A DNA stretch of 63,898 nt, filler included, from Octopus bimaculoides (GCF_001194135.2; 10 parts of 8 records of this genome joined end to end with filler, not necessarily neighbours in it), one strand, 5' to 3'. Shown: positions 1-13,027, numbered from the whole stretch's first letter. Program-made: numbers and translations. Notes: generated from the letters alone by a model not told the origin.

Positions 1-41
<41 letters not shown>

Positions 42-660
42 ATACACATACATACATATACACACACATGCACTCACCACACACGCATACGACACACACA
101 TAAAAACACACGCAAATTCACACATATGTTTGCGTATGTATGCATGCATATATATATGCATTTTTGTACGCATGCATGTATGTTTTTGTGCTTTAAAACT
201 GATCAATAATTAACATTAATAATCACATTACAAAGTGATTTGTACAAAAATAGCTTATACACGTGCACACAACTATGGGGTGAGGAGTACACGTGCATGT
301 GTGTATATTAGCATATGCTTATCTTTGTAGTCTTCTGCTCCCGTGTCGACTTACGATAAGTACAACGACGTGCAAAACCCATACACCGTTAATTATGACC
401 TGTGTCACATATTGTTACATCATTAAATTTTTTTAAAGATTAAAAACTGACATCACTGCTCTTGGAAGGCAGCCTGTGGTTACTGGTGCTACAGACTCAC
501 ACACACTTCAAGGGTGTGGCACTTTTCTATTGATCGTCCTTTAAAAGTGTGTGTTCGAGTATGTATACGTATATATATATGTGTGTGTGTATGTGTGTTT
601 ATCTGTCTGTGTGTGTCTGTGTCTGTATGTCTGTGTGTATGTGTGAGCGTGTGCGTATAT
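1..660. repeat. (CA)n/(TG)n/(TA)n microsatellite-rich tracts
   Basis: Direct reading: pure CA run at 1-40 and mixed CA/TG/TA runs to about 190 and at 545-660. Confidence 0.95.
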
Positions 661-684
661 GATCTCTTCTTTTATCTTTTATCT

Positions 685-732
685 TTTCTCTGTTTCAGTC
701 ATTAGGCTGTGACCATGCTGGAACACCGCCGC
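685..732 (-). mobile_element. SINE 3' tail fragment (family B tail)
   Basis: The reverse complement reads GGCGGTGTTCCAGCATGGTCACAGCCTAATGACTGAAAC. It matches the + strand tails at about 61865-61905 (CCCCAGCATGGCCGCAGTCAAATGACTGAAAG) and 62075-62100. Confidence 0.7.
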
Positions 733-1394
733 CATGATGACCAATGACTGAGACAAGTAGGACATGCAATAATATGTATGTGAGTGTATGTATGCATATA
801 TATATATATATATATANNNNNNNNNNNNNNNNNNNNNNNNNNNNNNNNNNNNNNNNNNNNNNNNNNNNNNNNNNNNNNNNNNNNNNNNNNNNNNNNNNNN
901 NNNNNNNNNNNNNNNNNNNNNNNNNNNNNNNNNNNNNNNNNNNNNNNNNNNNNNNNNNNNNNNNNNNNNNNNNNNNNNNNNNNNNNNNNNNNNNNNNNNN
1001 NNNNNNNNNNNNNNNNNNNNNNNNNNNNNNNNNNNNNNNNNNNNNNNNNNNNNNNNNNNNNNNNNNNNNNNNNNNNNNNNNNNNNNNNNNNNNNNNNNNN
1101 NNNNNNNNNNNNNNNNNNNNNNNNNNNNNNNNNNNNNNNNNNNNNNNNNNNNNNNNNNNNNNNNNNNNNNNNNNNNNNNNNNNNNNNNNNNNNNNNNNNN
1201 NNNNNNNNNNNNNNNNNNNNTAACTCACGTTAATTTTGACCATGTGAACATCAATACCACGTGAAGAAGACGTTAAGAAATTTATCGGCCAGTAAGTTCA
1301 AAACCTCTTGCCCTAATGAATTTCAATTCAGCGTGTATCAGAAATAGTCCCGTACTCTTCCACCACAACTTTCTCTCACTCTTACTTCCTGCTT

Positions 1395-1585
1395 CTGTTG
1401 TGCCTGTAATTCAAAGGGTCAGCCTTGTCACACTGTGTCACGCTGAATATCCCCGAGAACTAGGTTAAGGGTACACGTGTCTGTGGAGTGCTCAGCCACT
1501 TGCACGTTAATTTCACGAGCAGGCTGTTCCGTTGATCGGATCAACTGGAACCCTCGACGTTGTAAGCGACGGAGTGCCAACAATG
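1395..1585 (+). mobile_element. SINE-like interspersed repeat, family D (3' part)
   Basis: Shares the long block TTTCACGAGCAG(G/C)CTGTTCCGTTGATCGGAT(C/G)AACTGGAACC with a second copy at 32538-32690. Confidence 0.75.
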
Positions 1586-1594
1586 TTAGTATAT

Positions 1595-2245
1595 ATTTAT
1601 GAATTCATAATAGAACATAAGGATAAAAATCACGTTAATGAATTTTATCAGGTAGTCAGCATGCTATAAAAATTTATAGGCAATTTATACATTAAATAAA
1701 TAATAATATATATATGTATATCATTATATCAAGGGAACAAGGGCGAAAACGATCTAACACCAGCATGTTTGAAGTGCCGATACTTTCAAAACACTACCAA
1801 AAACTCCAGATAAATATACAGATGGCTGAAAGCGGGCTAGTAAACGAATATTAAAAAGACCTCACGTTAATTGTAAATTGGTTCCAATTTCTGGATTAAA
1901 GCCATAAACAAGCTTTCTTCCTTCGTCAACACAATACACGGGGAAATATAAATACAAATACTTGCACAGACCGTACAAAGCAGGTTCACACGTCTACATA
2001 TAAGTATTTCCACTTATAGATCCAAGATAAGTCAATTTCAAATCCCCTCACAACAGCCACGTCTATATTATAAGAATAGTTATGCAGTAAATGTTTTTCC
2101 GGTCAGGAGTAAAATTAATTGAATTATTTTATTTATGAATTCATAATGGAAGATAAGGATAAAAATCACGTTAATGAATTTTGTCAGGTAGTCAGCATGC
2201 TGTAGCAATTTATAGGCAATTTATACATTAAATAAATAATAATAT
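1595..2245 (+). repeat. ~115-bp direct repeat pair (1595-1710 and 2131-2245)
   Basis: ATTTATGAATTCATAAT...TTTATAGGCAATTTATACATTAAATAAATAATAATATA occurs twice, 536 bp apart, with few mismatches. Confidence 0.9.
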
Positions 2246-2254
2246 ACATTGCTG

Positions 2255-2497
2255 AGACCCCTTTGATCATGACTGACCATGGGATTGCACCTAGAAAGTT
2301 ACCCTTCCAGGCACAAGTCCGGGCAAGGTTGTTTATGGAAGACCAGCAATCGCCCATGCATACCAGCCTCCCCTCTCCACACCACTGATGTTATCCAAAG
2401 GAAAGGCAAAGGCTGATACAGCTTGGCACCAGTGACATTGCAACTCATTTCTACAGCTGAGTGAACTGGAGCAACATGAAATAAAGTGTCTTGCTCA
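2255..2497 (-). mobile_element. CORE-like SINE body and tail (family C), 5' part lost in gap
   Basis: Minus strand reads TGAGCAAGACACTTTATTTCATGTTGCTCCAGTTCACTCAGCTGTAGAAATGAG. This resembles the CORE-SINE domain (CCTTGGGCAAGTCACTT...CCTCAGTTTCCTCATCTGTAAAATGG). Confidence 0.65.
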
Positions 2498-2682
2498 NNN
2501 NNNNNNNGTTCCACGTGTGAGGCTTCATAAATGTTGAGTGATATCTCTCGACATGAAACCAAGAACGTAACTGTTAACCAACAAAGAATATCCACTGATC
2601 GATATCAATGCAAATATATGTGTGAGTGTGTGTATGTGTGTGTGTGTGCGTATGTGTGTGCGCGCGCGTGTATGTATGCGTG

Positions 2683-2713
<31 letters not shown>

Positions 2714-2734
2714 ATTAAAATACTGGTACTTATT

Positions 2735-3026
2735 CTATCGGTAATTTTTGTCGAGCCGCTAAGTTACGGGGAAGTAAACACACCAACATTGGTTATCAAG
2801 TGAGGAATGGTGAGACAAATAGAGATACAACGACACACACGCAAGATATATACGCTCATATATACGACGGATTTATTTCAGTGTCTGTGTATGAAAGCCA
2901 CTCACAAGGTTTTGTTCGGGTCGAATCAATAGTTGAAGACATTTACCCAAGATGCTACGCAGTAGGATTGAACCCGAAACTATGTGGTTAGGAAGCAAAC
3001 ATCTTACTACACAGCCACACCTGCGC
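2735..3026 (-). mobile_element. tRNA-derived SINE family B: head at 3026-2862, tail segment at 2815-2735
   Basis: Minus strand reads GCGCAGGTGTGGCTGTGTAGTAAGATG...GGGTTCAATCCTACTGCGTAGCATCTTGGGTAAATGTCTTC, with A/B-box-like motifs. Homologous copies lie at 12058-12192, 24765-24960, 37483-37622, 42781-42945, 58382-58552 and 59908-60048. Confidence 0.8.
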
Positions 3027-3125
3027 TTAAAGAAGACGTTTGGATAGTAGAAACCATGAGAAACAACCCTACTCTTAACAATTATTACATGTGCTATCAT
3101 TGCCTCAGCAGTCTCCTTACACGTA

Positions 3126-3175
<50 letters not shown>

Positions 3176-3614
3176 NNNNNNNNNNNNNNNNNNNNNNNNN
3201 NNNNNNNNNNNNNNNNNNNNNNNNNNNNNNNNNNNNNNNNNNNNNNNNNNNNNNNNNNNNNNNNNNNNNNNNNNNNNNNNNNNNNNNNNNNNNNNNNNNN
3301 NNNNNNNNNNNNNNNNNNNNNNNNNNNNNNNNNNNNNNNNNNNNNNNNNNNNNNNNNNNNNNNNNNNNNNNNNNNNNNNNNNNNNNNNNNNNNNNNNNNN
3401 NNNNNNNNNNNNNNNNNNNNNNNNNNNNNNNNNNNNNNNNNNNNNNNNNNNNNNNNNNNNNNNNNNNNNNNNNNNNNNNNNNNNNNNNNNNNNNNNNNNN
3501 NNNNNNNNNNNNNNNNNNNNNNNNNNNNNNNNNNNNNNNNNNNNNNNNNNNNNNNNNNNNNNNNNNNNNNNNNNNNNNNNNNNNNNNNNNNNNNNNNNNN
3601 NNNNNNNNNNNNNN

Positions 3615-3655
<41 letters not shown>

Positions 3656-3689
3656 CATACATACATACACACACACGCGCATGTAAATG

Positions 3690-4371
3690 AAAAAAAACGA
3701 CATACTGTATACTGAACGTTAAAACAAACGGGAGACAATCAGAAAGTCAATAATTCTTCATCAGTTATCGACCAACGGTACTGTTCAGTTTCAAACCTTT
3801 AGCGATAAGGGTGAGTGCTCCTAAATTGGCGGTGCCCGCAAAAAAAAACAACAACTTTCTTGCGTAGAATTAGGGGCAAGAGCAAAGAAAATGAAAGAAA
3901 ACAAGCAAAACGACACAGAGTGTGATTTAGGACGAGAACAAACATTCGAGCAAAATACGGCCTTGGAGCCAAGGAGACAAGAATAGTGGGTAACTCTTAG
4001 AAAATGTTTTGAAAGTTGGAGAATGGAGAGACAGAATTTGCGACTGGTCAGCTAAGGGACCAGTCTAAGAAAGGAAGATAAAGGGGAACTGGCCGCTGAT
4101 CACGTGACAGCAGCAAGCAGAGAAGAAGCAAAACAGGGCTATAGAGCGACAGAGAAAAGAAGGGGGGAAGCGGCTGAAGGGGAAGGAGAAAAGCTAGGAA
4201 TATAAGAGGGAGTGAGAGAAAGGGAGTAAGTAGAAAGGCTAGAGTAGAAGTGACAGAGTGAGAGAAAGAAAAGGTGAAAGAATGAAGGAGACAGAATTTG
4301 GAACTGGTTAGCTCAGGGACCAAAGAGATAGAAGTGACAGTGTGAGAGAAAGAAAGGGGAAAGAATAAAGG

Positions 4372-4406
<35 letters not shown>

Positions 4407-4672
4407 GAGAGTCGCACGGGTATGTAAAAAACTTACTTGCTAATACAAATTCGGTGTTCCATTACTTGATAAATGAAAATATGTGTAAACAAACGACGTA
4501 ATGTATACTGCATGTAAAAACATATGGGAGACAAACAGAAAGTCAATAATTCTTCATCAGTTATCGACCAACGGTACTGTTCAGTTTCGCACCTTTAGCG
4601 ATAAGACTGAGTGCTTCCCAACTGGCGATGCCCGCAAAAAAGTTTTCTTGTGTAGAACTAGGGGCAAGTGCA
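3690..4672 (+). repeat. ~200-bp direct repeat pair (about 3690-3890 and 4490-4672) flanking a purine-rich spacer
   Basis: The identical core AGAAAGTCAATAATTCTTCATCAGTTATCGACCAACGGTACTGTTCAGTTTC occurs at both sites, 796 bp apart. The spacer has its own ~40-bp direct repeat (about 4028 and 4289). Confidence 0.9.
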
Positions 4673-4674
4673 TA

Positions 4675-4774
4675 NNNNNNNNNNNNNNNNNNNNNNNNNN
4701 NNNNNNNNNNNNNNNNNNTTAATTAATTAANNNNNNNNNNNNNNNNNNNNNNNNNNNNNNNNNNNNNNNNNNNN
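4675..4774. other. Assembly join marker N44-TTAATTAATTAA-N44 (first of nine)
   Basis: The same 12-mer occurs at 4719, 12433, 19858, 22122, 37700, 52044, 54628, 58087 and 62441, always inside N runs. Where I counted, there are 44 N on each side (100 bp total). The 12-mer is self-complementary with stops in all six frames. Confidence 0.97.
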
Positions 4775-4805
<31 letters not shown>

Positions 4806-5382
4806 ATATATGCACATATATATACAAACACATATATATATATATGTGTGTGTGTGTGTGTATACATATGTATATATATATATATATATGTGTGATTGTA
4901 TGTGTATGTATATACATGTACATATATATATGTATGTATATGTATGTATATACATGTTAATGTGCGTGTATGTATATATGTATATGCTTCTGTACAATCC
5001 AAGTACATCTACCAAGGTTTAATTATATGTATATCTGATAATTTGTATGCAAATATATGTATTATTTATATGGCCATTCATAGATGCATATGTGTATGCA
5101 CACACACACACACACACACATATATATGTATGTTTGTATGTATGGTATGTATGTATATATGTATGCATACATTTCTTGAAGTTTTTGGACATACTTTATG
5201 TTCACTTCATCAGATCAGATTTGTCCGAACATCTGATGATGCGGGTGTGTTGTATACGCACGAAACTTAAATTAATGTGGATCTTATTTAATGCATATAA
5301 CTCCAGCTACATGTATTGAGTGCTACTTTCTGTCATTTGTTCACTCACTCATGTACATACATACATACATATATACATACTT

Positions 5383-5415
<33 letters not shown>

Positions 5416-5535
5416 CATATATTTGTAAATACATATGTACATGCATATATATGTTTGTGTGAGTTTAAGTGTATATTATGTGTATATACATATATAAGTA
5501 CTCAAATATATGTATGTGTGTGTGTTTGTGCATGA
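4775..5535. repeat. TA/TG/CA compound microsatellite tract
   Basis: Direct reading; it explains the YI/CV/HT ORFs in the track. Confidence 0.95.
5229..5278 (+). ncRNA. Degenerate type I hammerhead-ribozyme-like motif (solo, PLE-type)
   Basis: Stem I ACAT/ATGT; core CTGATGA at 5233-5239; stem II TGCG/CGCA; GAAA at 5262-5265; stem III ACTT-A-AATT with one mismatch; A at the cleavage position. Confidence 0.4.
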
Positions 5536-6446
5536 TGNNNNNNNNNNATGTGTATACATCCACTAAGTGTGTATATGTCTATCAATTTGTCATTAAATGC
5601 TCTCTAACTGATCTGTAAAAGCTTTGTTGAAAAAAAAAATGAAAAAACAAAAAGAAGGAAAAAAGAAATGTTACATAAAAAAAAAGAAATACAATTTAAA
5701 TTAAATTAAATAAAATTTCAAAAAAAATTGTCAAAATTTAATTTGTTGCTTTCCTTATTTTTTAGTTTTGTTTTTTTTTCTTCTTGTGTTTTGTTTTTTT
5801 TCTTCTTGTGTTTTGTTTTTTGTTAATTTATTTATGATAGTGGTAGTCATGGTGAGGCTAGTAGTGGGAGTGTTGGTGGCGGTGGCAGCAGTGGTGGTGG
5901 TGGTGGTTGTAACAGCAGCAGCAGCTGCTACTGCTGTTGTTGTAGCATCAACAGTAGTAGTGGTAAAAAGGGCTAGGAACAAGATGAAATGTCTTATTCT
6001 TTGAGATATCAAAGACAGGGACACCAAAGTGAAATAAGGAATTGGAACACCTTATCTGTGGCAGTGGAACAGTTCAAGTCATAAATCAGTTGTTTGTTTA
6101 CTTTGCAACCCTTTTGATACTAGAATTTGAACTCAGAAATGCAACGCAGGACGAAATGTTGCCAAGCATTTTGTACACTATTTCAATAACAACAGTTATT
6201 TTACTAAATTCTTCATTATTTTCAAAATGAATTGGAACAACAGAAATATGGTAACAAAGGAGTTAAAGTGATCTAAGCTAAAACCTTTTATTCAAAATGT
6301 CATGTTAATTTATCTTCCAAAAAACCAGTTTCATGATTACAGTTATTTTTCAAATTTCTTAATCATTTTCAAAATTCATTGAAACAATAAGGAAAGATAA
6401 AAAAGTTAAACGGACCTCAACATCATTTGAACTCAAAACGAAAAAG

Positions 6447-6801
6447 AACAAGGGCACTCTGAGAGTGCAAACCTCTGCCAAAGCAACACCAACATCCTCT
6501 CCATGATTAGCCAAAGATGATTTTTTAAATGAGAATATCTGAAATAAACTCGACTGCTCTCAAAACCTAGAAAACTAAAAATCAACCTGACCACTCTCAA
6601 AAATTAAGTAAAAAAAACAGGAAAAATAATCCAGAATCTTTGTCCGGAACTGGATCGATCCCAAAATCTAATTAGTTTGTGCCAAACATCCCAGAAAGTT
6701 TCATCTGAATCCATTCAGCGGTTCTTGAGATATCTTGTCCATGGACAAACAAACAAACACAACTAAAAACAATACCTTCGCCTTCACTCAGACGGAGGTT
6801 A
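6447..6801 (+). mobile_element. Non-autonomous Helentron/HINE (DINE-1-like) element
   Basis: A 5' subterminal IR AACCTCTGCC (6470-6479) pairs with 3' GACGGAGGTT (6791-6800). There is an internal (ACAA)n microsatellite near 6746 and a 3' hairpin. A second 5'-end copy lies at 38157-38296. Confidence 0.6.
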
Positions 6802-7019
6802 CTAGAAACAAATCCTCGACCAGATAAAACCTTCATTTCTGCAAAACTAAGACCAGCTAATTCTATGGGGGCCAACTGCACCCTTATGATGCTAGCTAGC
6901 CCTAGGGACCCCACAGTCATCTTCATCATTTTCTTCAGCTTCTTCCTCTTCTTTTTCTTATTCTTTTCCCACGTGGTCCTCCATGTCCTTTGCCTTCTTC
7001 TTCTCTCCCACTCTCTCTG

Positions 7020-7026
7020 TCTCTCA

Positions 7027-7080
<54 letters not shown>

Positions 7081-7185
7081 TTCTCTTTCATATATACACA
7101 TGCATACTTTCTAAACAACCAGACACATGTTTATAAACACAGAGAAAATATATAAGTGTATGTGTGTGTATATACACATATAGTA

Positions 7186-7231
<46 letters not shown>

Positions 7232-7300
7232 TACACATATAAGTATGTATATGTATGTATGTATTTGTGTATGTATATATACATATACACACACACACAC

Positions 7301-7332
<32 letters not shown>

Positions 7333-8073
7333 ACAATATGCCATGCATACATAAATACTTAGGTGCATTAGTGAAAATGCTTTCATGCATACCACATGTG
7401 CATTTGTGCATTTATGAATGTATGCAAGTATGCGTATGTGTGTGTATGCGACCATAAAAGACAGGAAGATAGATAGAGAGGCAGACAGATGGACGGACGG
7501 ACGGACAGATGGATGGATGGATGCATGGATAGATAGCTAGATAAATAGATAGATAGACAGACACAGATAGACAAATAGATAGATAGATAGATAGATAGAT
7601 AGACACAGATAGACAGATAGATTGATAGATAGAGAGAAATAGAAAGATAAATAATACATACATACATACACATATAGATGGATAGAAAGACAGACAGATA
7701 AGTAGATAGCTAGATGCATACATATATACATACACAAACACACACACACACACACACAGATGGTTAAGTACATACATATGTCAATAGATAGGTAGATAGA
7801 TGGATGGATAGAGAGGTATATAGAGAGAGAGAAAGAGAGAAGAGAGTGTGTATGTATGAAGGCTAATAATTAATTGCACACCATTCCTTAACTGGCTGTG
7901 TCACCCCTTTAACATGGAATGGCAAACAGAAATAACCTTCGAATCGAATCGATAAGTTCGCCGTATTATCATCTTGGCTTTGTACAGAATTCCGAAGTGA
8001 CATTATTAAAAAAGCATTTAGTGCCAGCCCATTATGGCTTTTCGGTCTCTCTCTCTCTCCTTCTTATTCTCTC

Positions 8074-8116
<43 letters not shown>

Positions 8117-8318
8117 TTCTCTCTCTCTCTCTCTCTTTCACTCAGTTTATCTGCCCTTCTTTCTATCTATCCATTTATCTTGGTATGTATGTATTAATAC
8201 ACATATATATACATATAGATAGATAGACTGACAGAGAGTGAGAAAGAAAGAGAAAGAGAGAGTGAGAGAGACAGGCAAATAACATACACATACATACATA
8301 CATATATGTATATAGATA

Positions 8319-8349
<31 letters not shown>

Positions 8350-8580
8350 GTAAATTCCTTCTATCAGTATCTATCCATATGCCTATCTCTAGCTATCCAT
8401 CCATCAATCAATCAATCAATCAATCTCTCTATTTATCTATCTATCTGTCTATCTATCTATCTATCTATCTGTCTGTCTGTCAGTCTGTCTATCTATTTAT
8501 CTAACTATCTAAACAACTGTTTTTCATCTATTTATCTCTATCTATCCATCTATTTATTTATATATATATATCTATTTCTA

Positions 8581-8633
<53 letters not shown>
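7020..8633. repeat. CT/GA, TA, GATA/CTAT compound microsatellite tract
   Basis: Direct reading. A short unique island at about 7860-8040 interrupts it. Confidence 0.95.
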
Positions 8634-9571
8634 NNNNNNNNNNNNNNNNNNNNNNNNNNNNNNNNNNNNNNNNNNNNNNNNNNNNNNNNNNNNNNNNNNN
8701 NNNNNNNNNNNNNNNNNNNNNNNNNNNNNNNNNNNNNNNNNNNNNNNNNNNNNNNNNNNNNNNNNNNNNNNNNNNNNNNNNNNNNNNNNNNNNNNNNNNN
8801 NNNNNNNNNNNNNNNNNNNNNNNNNNNNNNNNNNNNNNNNNNNNNNNNNNNNNNNNNNNNNNNNNNNNNNNNNNNNNNNNNNNNNNNNNNNNNNNNNNNN
8901 NNNNNNNNNNNNNNNNNNNNNNNNNNNNNNNNNNNNNNNNNNNNNNNNNNNNNNNNNNNNNNNNNNNNNNNNNNNNNNNNNNNNNNNNNNNNNNNNNNNN
9001 NNNNNNNNNNNNNNNNNNNNNNNNNNNNNNNNNNNNNNNNNNNNNNNNNNNNNNNNNNNNNNNNNNNNNNNNNNNNNNNNNNNNNNNNNNNNNNNNNNNN
9101 NNNNNNNNNNNNNNNNNNNNNNNNNNNNNNNNNNNNNNNNNNNNNNNNNNNNNNNNNNNNNNNNNNNNNNNNNNNNNNNNNNNNNNNNNNNNNNNNNNNN
9201 NNNNNNNNNNNNNNNNNNNNNNNNNNNNNNNNNNNNNNNNNNNNNNNNNNNNNNNNNNNNNNNNNNNNNNNNNNNNNNNNNNNNNNNNNNNNNNNNNNNN
9301 NNNNNNNNNNNNNNNNNNNNNNNNNNNNNNNNNNNNNNNNNNNNNNNNNNNNNNNNNNNNNNNNNNNNNNNNNNNNNNNNNNNNNNNNNNNNNNNNNNNN
9401 NNNNNNNNNNNNNNNNNNNNNNNNNNNNNNNNNNNNNNNNNNNNNNNNNNNNNNNNNNNNNNNNNNNNNNNNNNNNNNNNNNNNNNNNNNNNNNNNNNNN
9501 NNNNNNNNNNNNNNNNNNNNNNNNNNNNNNNNNNNNNNNNNNNNNNNNNNNNNNNNNNNNNNNNNNNNNNN

Positions 9572-9572
9572 N

Positions 9573-9606
<34 letters not shown>

Positions 9607-10042
9607 TGTGTGTGTGTGTGTGTGTGTTTGTGTGTTTGTGTGTACGTGTGTGTGTGTGTACGTGTGTGTGTGTGTTTGTGTGTACGTGTGTGTGTGTGTA
9701 CGTGTGTGTGTGTTTGTGTGTGCGTGTGCATGTGTGTGTGTATGGTGTACACCTATGTGCAAGTCCTTTCTGGATTTTTCATGCGATTATAGGTGTATGT
9801 ATGTGCATTTTTGTAAGTGTATGGGTTCGTATGTGTGTGTCTGTGTGTGTGTATGTGTGTGTGTGTGTATATGTGTGTATGTGTGTATGTGCGCATATAT
9901 AAGCGTGCATAGAGATATAAATGTATAGCTGTGTGTGTTTGTGTGCATCTGAACATGTATGCAGACATGATCCTCTTCCTGTATTTTTATGAGATTGGAT
10001 CTGTATTTGTATAATAAACGTGTATATATATGTATGTATATA

Positions 10043-10107
<65 letters not shown>

Positions 10108-10330
10108 TTATATATATACATACATTTATATATATCTATGTATATACAAATGGATGTATAGATTATATATATATGAATGAATATATAAATATATATATAT
10201 GTGTATGTATATATATATATATATGTGTGTATGTATATATATATATATATATATATATACATGAATATATATGACTATATATATGTGTGTGTGTGTATGC
10301 ACGCACACACTCGCACACATACACACACGC
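9572..10330. repeat. (TG)n and (TA)n compound microsatellite
   Basis: Direct reading. Confidence 0.95.
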
Positions 10331-10335
10331 ATTTC

Positions 10336-10470
10336 TCATCATCATCATTTAATGTCTATTGTCCATGTCACGATGCATTGAATGGTTTGACAGGATCTGG
10401 CCAGGCCAGAGGATTGCGCCTGGCCCCAATTGTCGGTTGTGGTATGGTTTCTACAGCTGGATGCCCTTCA
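10336..10470 (-). mobile_element. SINE family E 3' part with (GAT)n tail
   Basis: Minus strand reads GAAGGGCATCCAGCTGTAGAAACC...ACATTAAATGATGATGATG. It matches GAAGGGCATCCAGCTGTAGAAAC at 44365 and the tails at 44480 and 49260. Confidence 0.75.
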
Positions 10471-11679
10471 TATACATATATATCTGTGTGTATACACACA
10501 AACATATATCCATATATATATATTTGTGTGTGTATGTGTGTGTATATATATCTATATATATATATCTATATATATATATATAAATAATTAAGATTCAGTT
10601 CAAGCACCAAGTCAGTCCGATATTATCCACACAGCTCAAAGTCAGGTGAATATTACCTGACATGGAAACAGATGAGGGTTGGTGACACGAAGGGTGCCAA
10701 GTCATTGGAATCCTCCACCCTTCATCCCTTTTCTTGCTGGCCTAGTAACAACATCTTACATGGACCCCCACCAAGGGCCATATGGACCCTGATGGAGAAC
10801 CACTGGAAATGTTCCTTGTTTAGGTTTAATTCCACTCACAGTTTTGAAAATGTCTCTGACTGAGATCGTATGTCAAGTTGTTCGTATATTTATGTCATCT
10901 GTGAGGTTTTTTTATTATGGGGGACAATCGGCTTTCCTGTGTGAATATATATATATATATATACATATGTATGCACGTATGTATGTATGTATATGTGTGT
11001 GTGTGTTTGTGTATATATATATATGATTATATTATATAGTATTTATGTATATATTTATGTAAACACACACACACACACACACACTCATACACATATATAT
11101 ATACAGACAAAAGATTTTCTTGAAGCAAAATATATATTTGTGCACATAGACACACACACATATAAATATGCATACATACATACAGACATATGTATACATA
11201 AATATAGATAAATAAACACACACACACACACACACGCATGTGTATACGCATGACAATGTGCGTTTGTTGTTAACCAAAACGAATGCAATCTTTTCAATCC
11301 TCACGCACACACACGCACACACACACACACACACATAAATGGTTCCTCATACGACTGCAAAGTAAACATTCACCCAAAAGCATTGTACTAAAGCAAAGCT
11401 ATAAATAAGGGCTTTATTAGCACATTGCAGTAAATAGTCATCCAAACACCCCCACCGCCTTTTCTTTCCTTACCAACCCACCTACCCACCCCCACGCCCC
11501 ACTTCCCTGCAATCCTGCTCTTATACATACAGACGTTCTAATTTATGAACAACAACAATACACAGCTCTACATCAATAAATTTATCTCTTTTCTTCAGAA
11601 TCTTATTTATTTTTGTTTATTTATTTATTATTTTTTGGTTTCTTCTGTTATTCTAAAAACTTCCGGTCTATCTCTGGGA

Positions 11680-12015
11680 TTTTTCCATCTTGGAAGGTGG
11701 TCTTAATTCTTAAACCGTTATCCCATTTAGCACCCTCATTCACCCTTTGGGTGCTCATCGCGATGTATGCATTGCTAAGCATTTAGTCCAGGTCTTTGCG
11801 ATTTCTTCCATCAATAAAACATTGTGGAAAATCTTGGCTCGTAGTCTTAATTCTTTATCCATTTTCTGATATAACATCCTCACCTAGCCTATTCGTACCT
11901 TTCACAATTCATGGTTTGTTAAGCATTTAACTCAAGTCTGTGGCATTTTTTCCATCTCACAGATGTTGTATAAAATCTTGCACAGTTGTCTTAACCCCTT
12001 ATCCCTTTTAGCACC
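11680..12015. repeat. Degenerate ~145-bp tandem repeat, about 2.5 units
   Basis: Recurring motifs TTTTCCATC, GTCTTAA(T/C)...TATCC and (C/T)TAAGCATTTA. Confidence 0.65.
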
Positions 12016-12057
12016 AATTACTTTGTCCGGATATTTGTCCTCATCTCGTTTCTACCG

Positions 12058-12192
12058 AATTCACTCACAAGACAGCCTCCAGCTATGAGCTATGGTAGAA
12101 GACACTTTCCTGGGTTACTGCAGAGTGGGATTGAACCCAAAACCATGTGGTTGTACTGTGAGTTCCTTAACCACACAGCCATGTCTGCACCT
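12058..12192 (-). mobile_element. SINE family B, degraded
   Basis: Minus strand reads AGGTGCAGACATGGCTGTGTGGTTAAG...GGGTTCAATCCCACTCTGCAG. Confidence 0.7.
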
Positions 12193-12209
12193 ACAATCTG
12201 GAACTACAC

Positions 12210-12589
12210 TACGCCCTTACCGTTTCATCAGGCCACCACCACCACCACCACCACTTCCATATCACACACAATACCACTGCATCCCCAAACTATGCTGCCA
12301 CTCCACATGGCCATCACCCTATAACCACTGTACACCTACCCCTTTCAACACACCACCACCACCACCACCACCACTACCACAGTGCAAGNNNNNNNNNNNN
12401 NNNNNNNNNNNNNNNNNNNNNNNNNNNNNNNNTTAATTAATTAANNNNNNNNNNNNNNNNNNNNNNNNNNNNNNNNNNNNNNNNNNNNAGGAGGGGAGAG
12501 GGAGGGACGGAGGGAGGTGGAGGAGAAAAAATGATGGAGTGATGGTGTCTAGGGAGTTACTGCTGCTGTTGCTTCTGCTGCTGCTGCTG

Positions 12590-12649
<60 letters not shown>

Positions 12650-12977
12650 TCGATGAAGAGAATGTTGATGTGGTGAAGGAGGCGAAGGGGAGGATGATTG
12701 CTGAAGCGATTGGCATGGCGATGATGGTTTGCTCTCTGGTGGACGATGCTTAATAATGACGCTGTTATCTTTGGCAATAGCGGAGATGGCAGTAATGATT
12801 CTAAAAGAGATATAATAACGATGACAATAATGATGAAAATGCTGGCTAGGATTCATAACGGTAATTGTTGATGATTAATGAAAATACAGATGAGCTGGTG
12901 CTATTGTAGATGATGTTACTTCCTTAGTCTATATTAAAAGGATGGACTACTAATAATGAACAAACGTAACAAAATTT

Positions 12978-13027
<50 letters not shown>

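Noticed and set aside
5620-5830. A-rich followed by T-rich tract as a terminator or fold-back
   Set aside because: Low-complexity complementarity only, with no specific pairing register.
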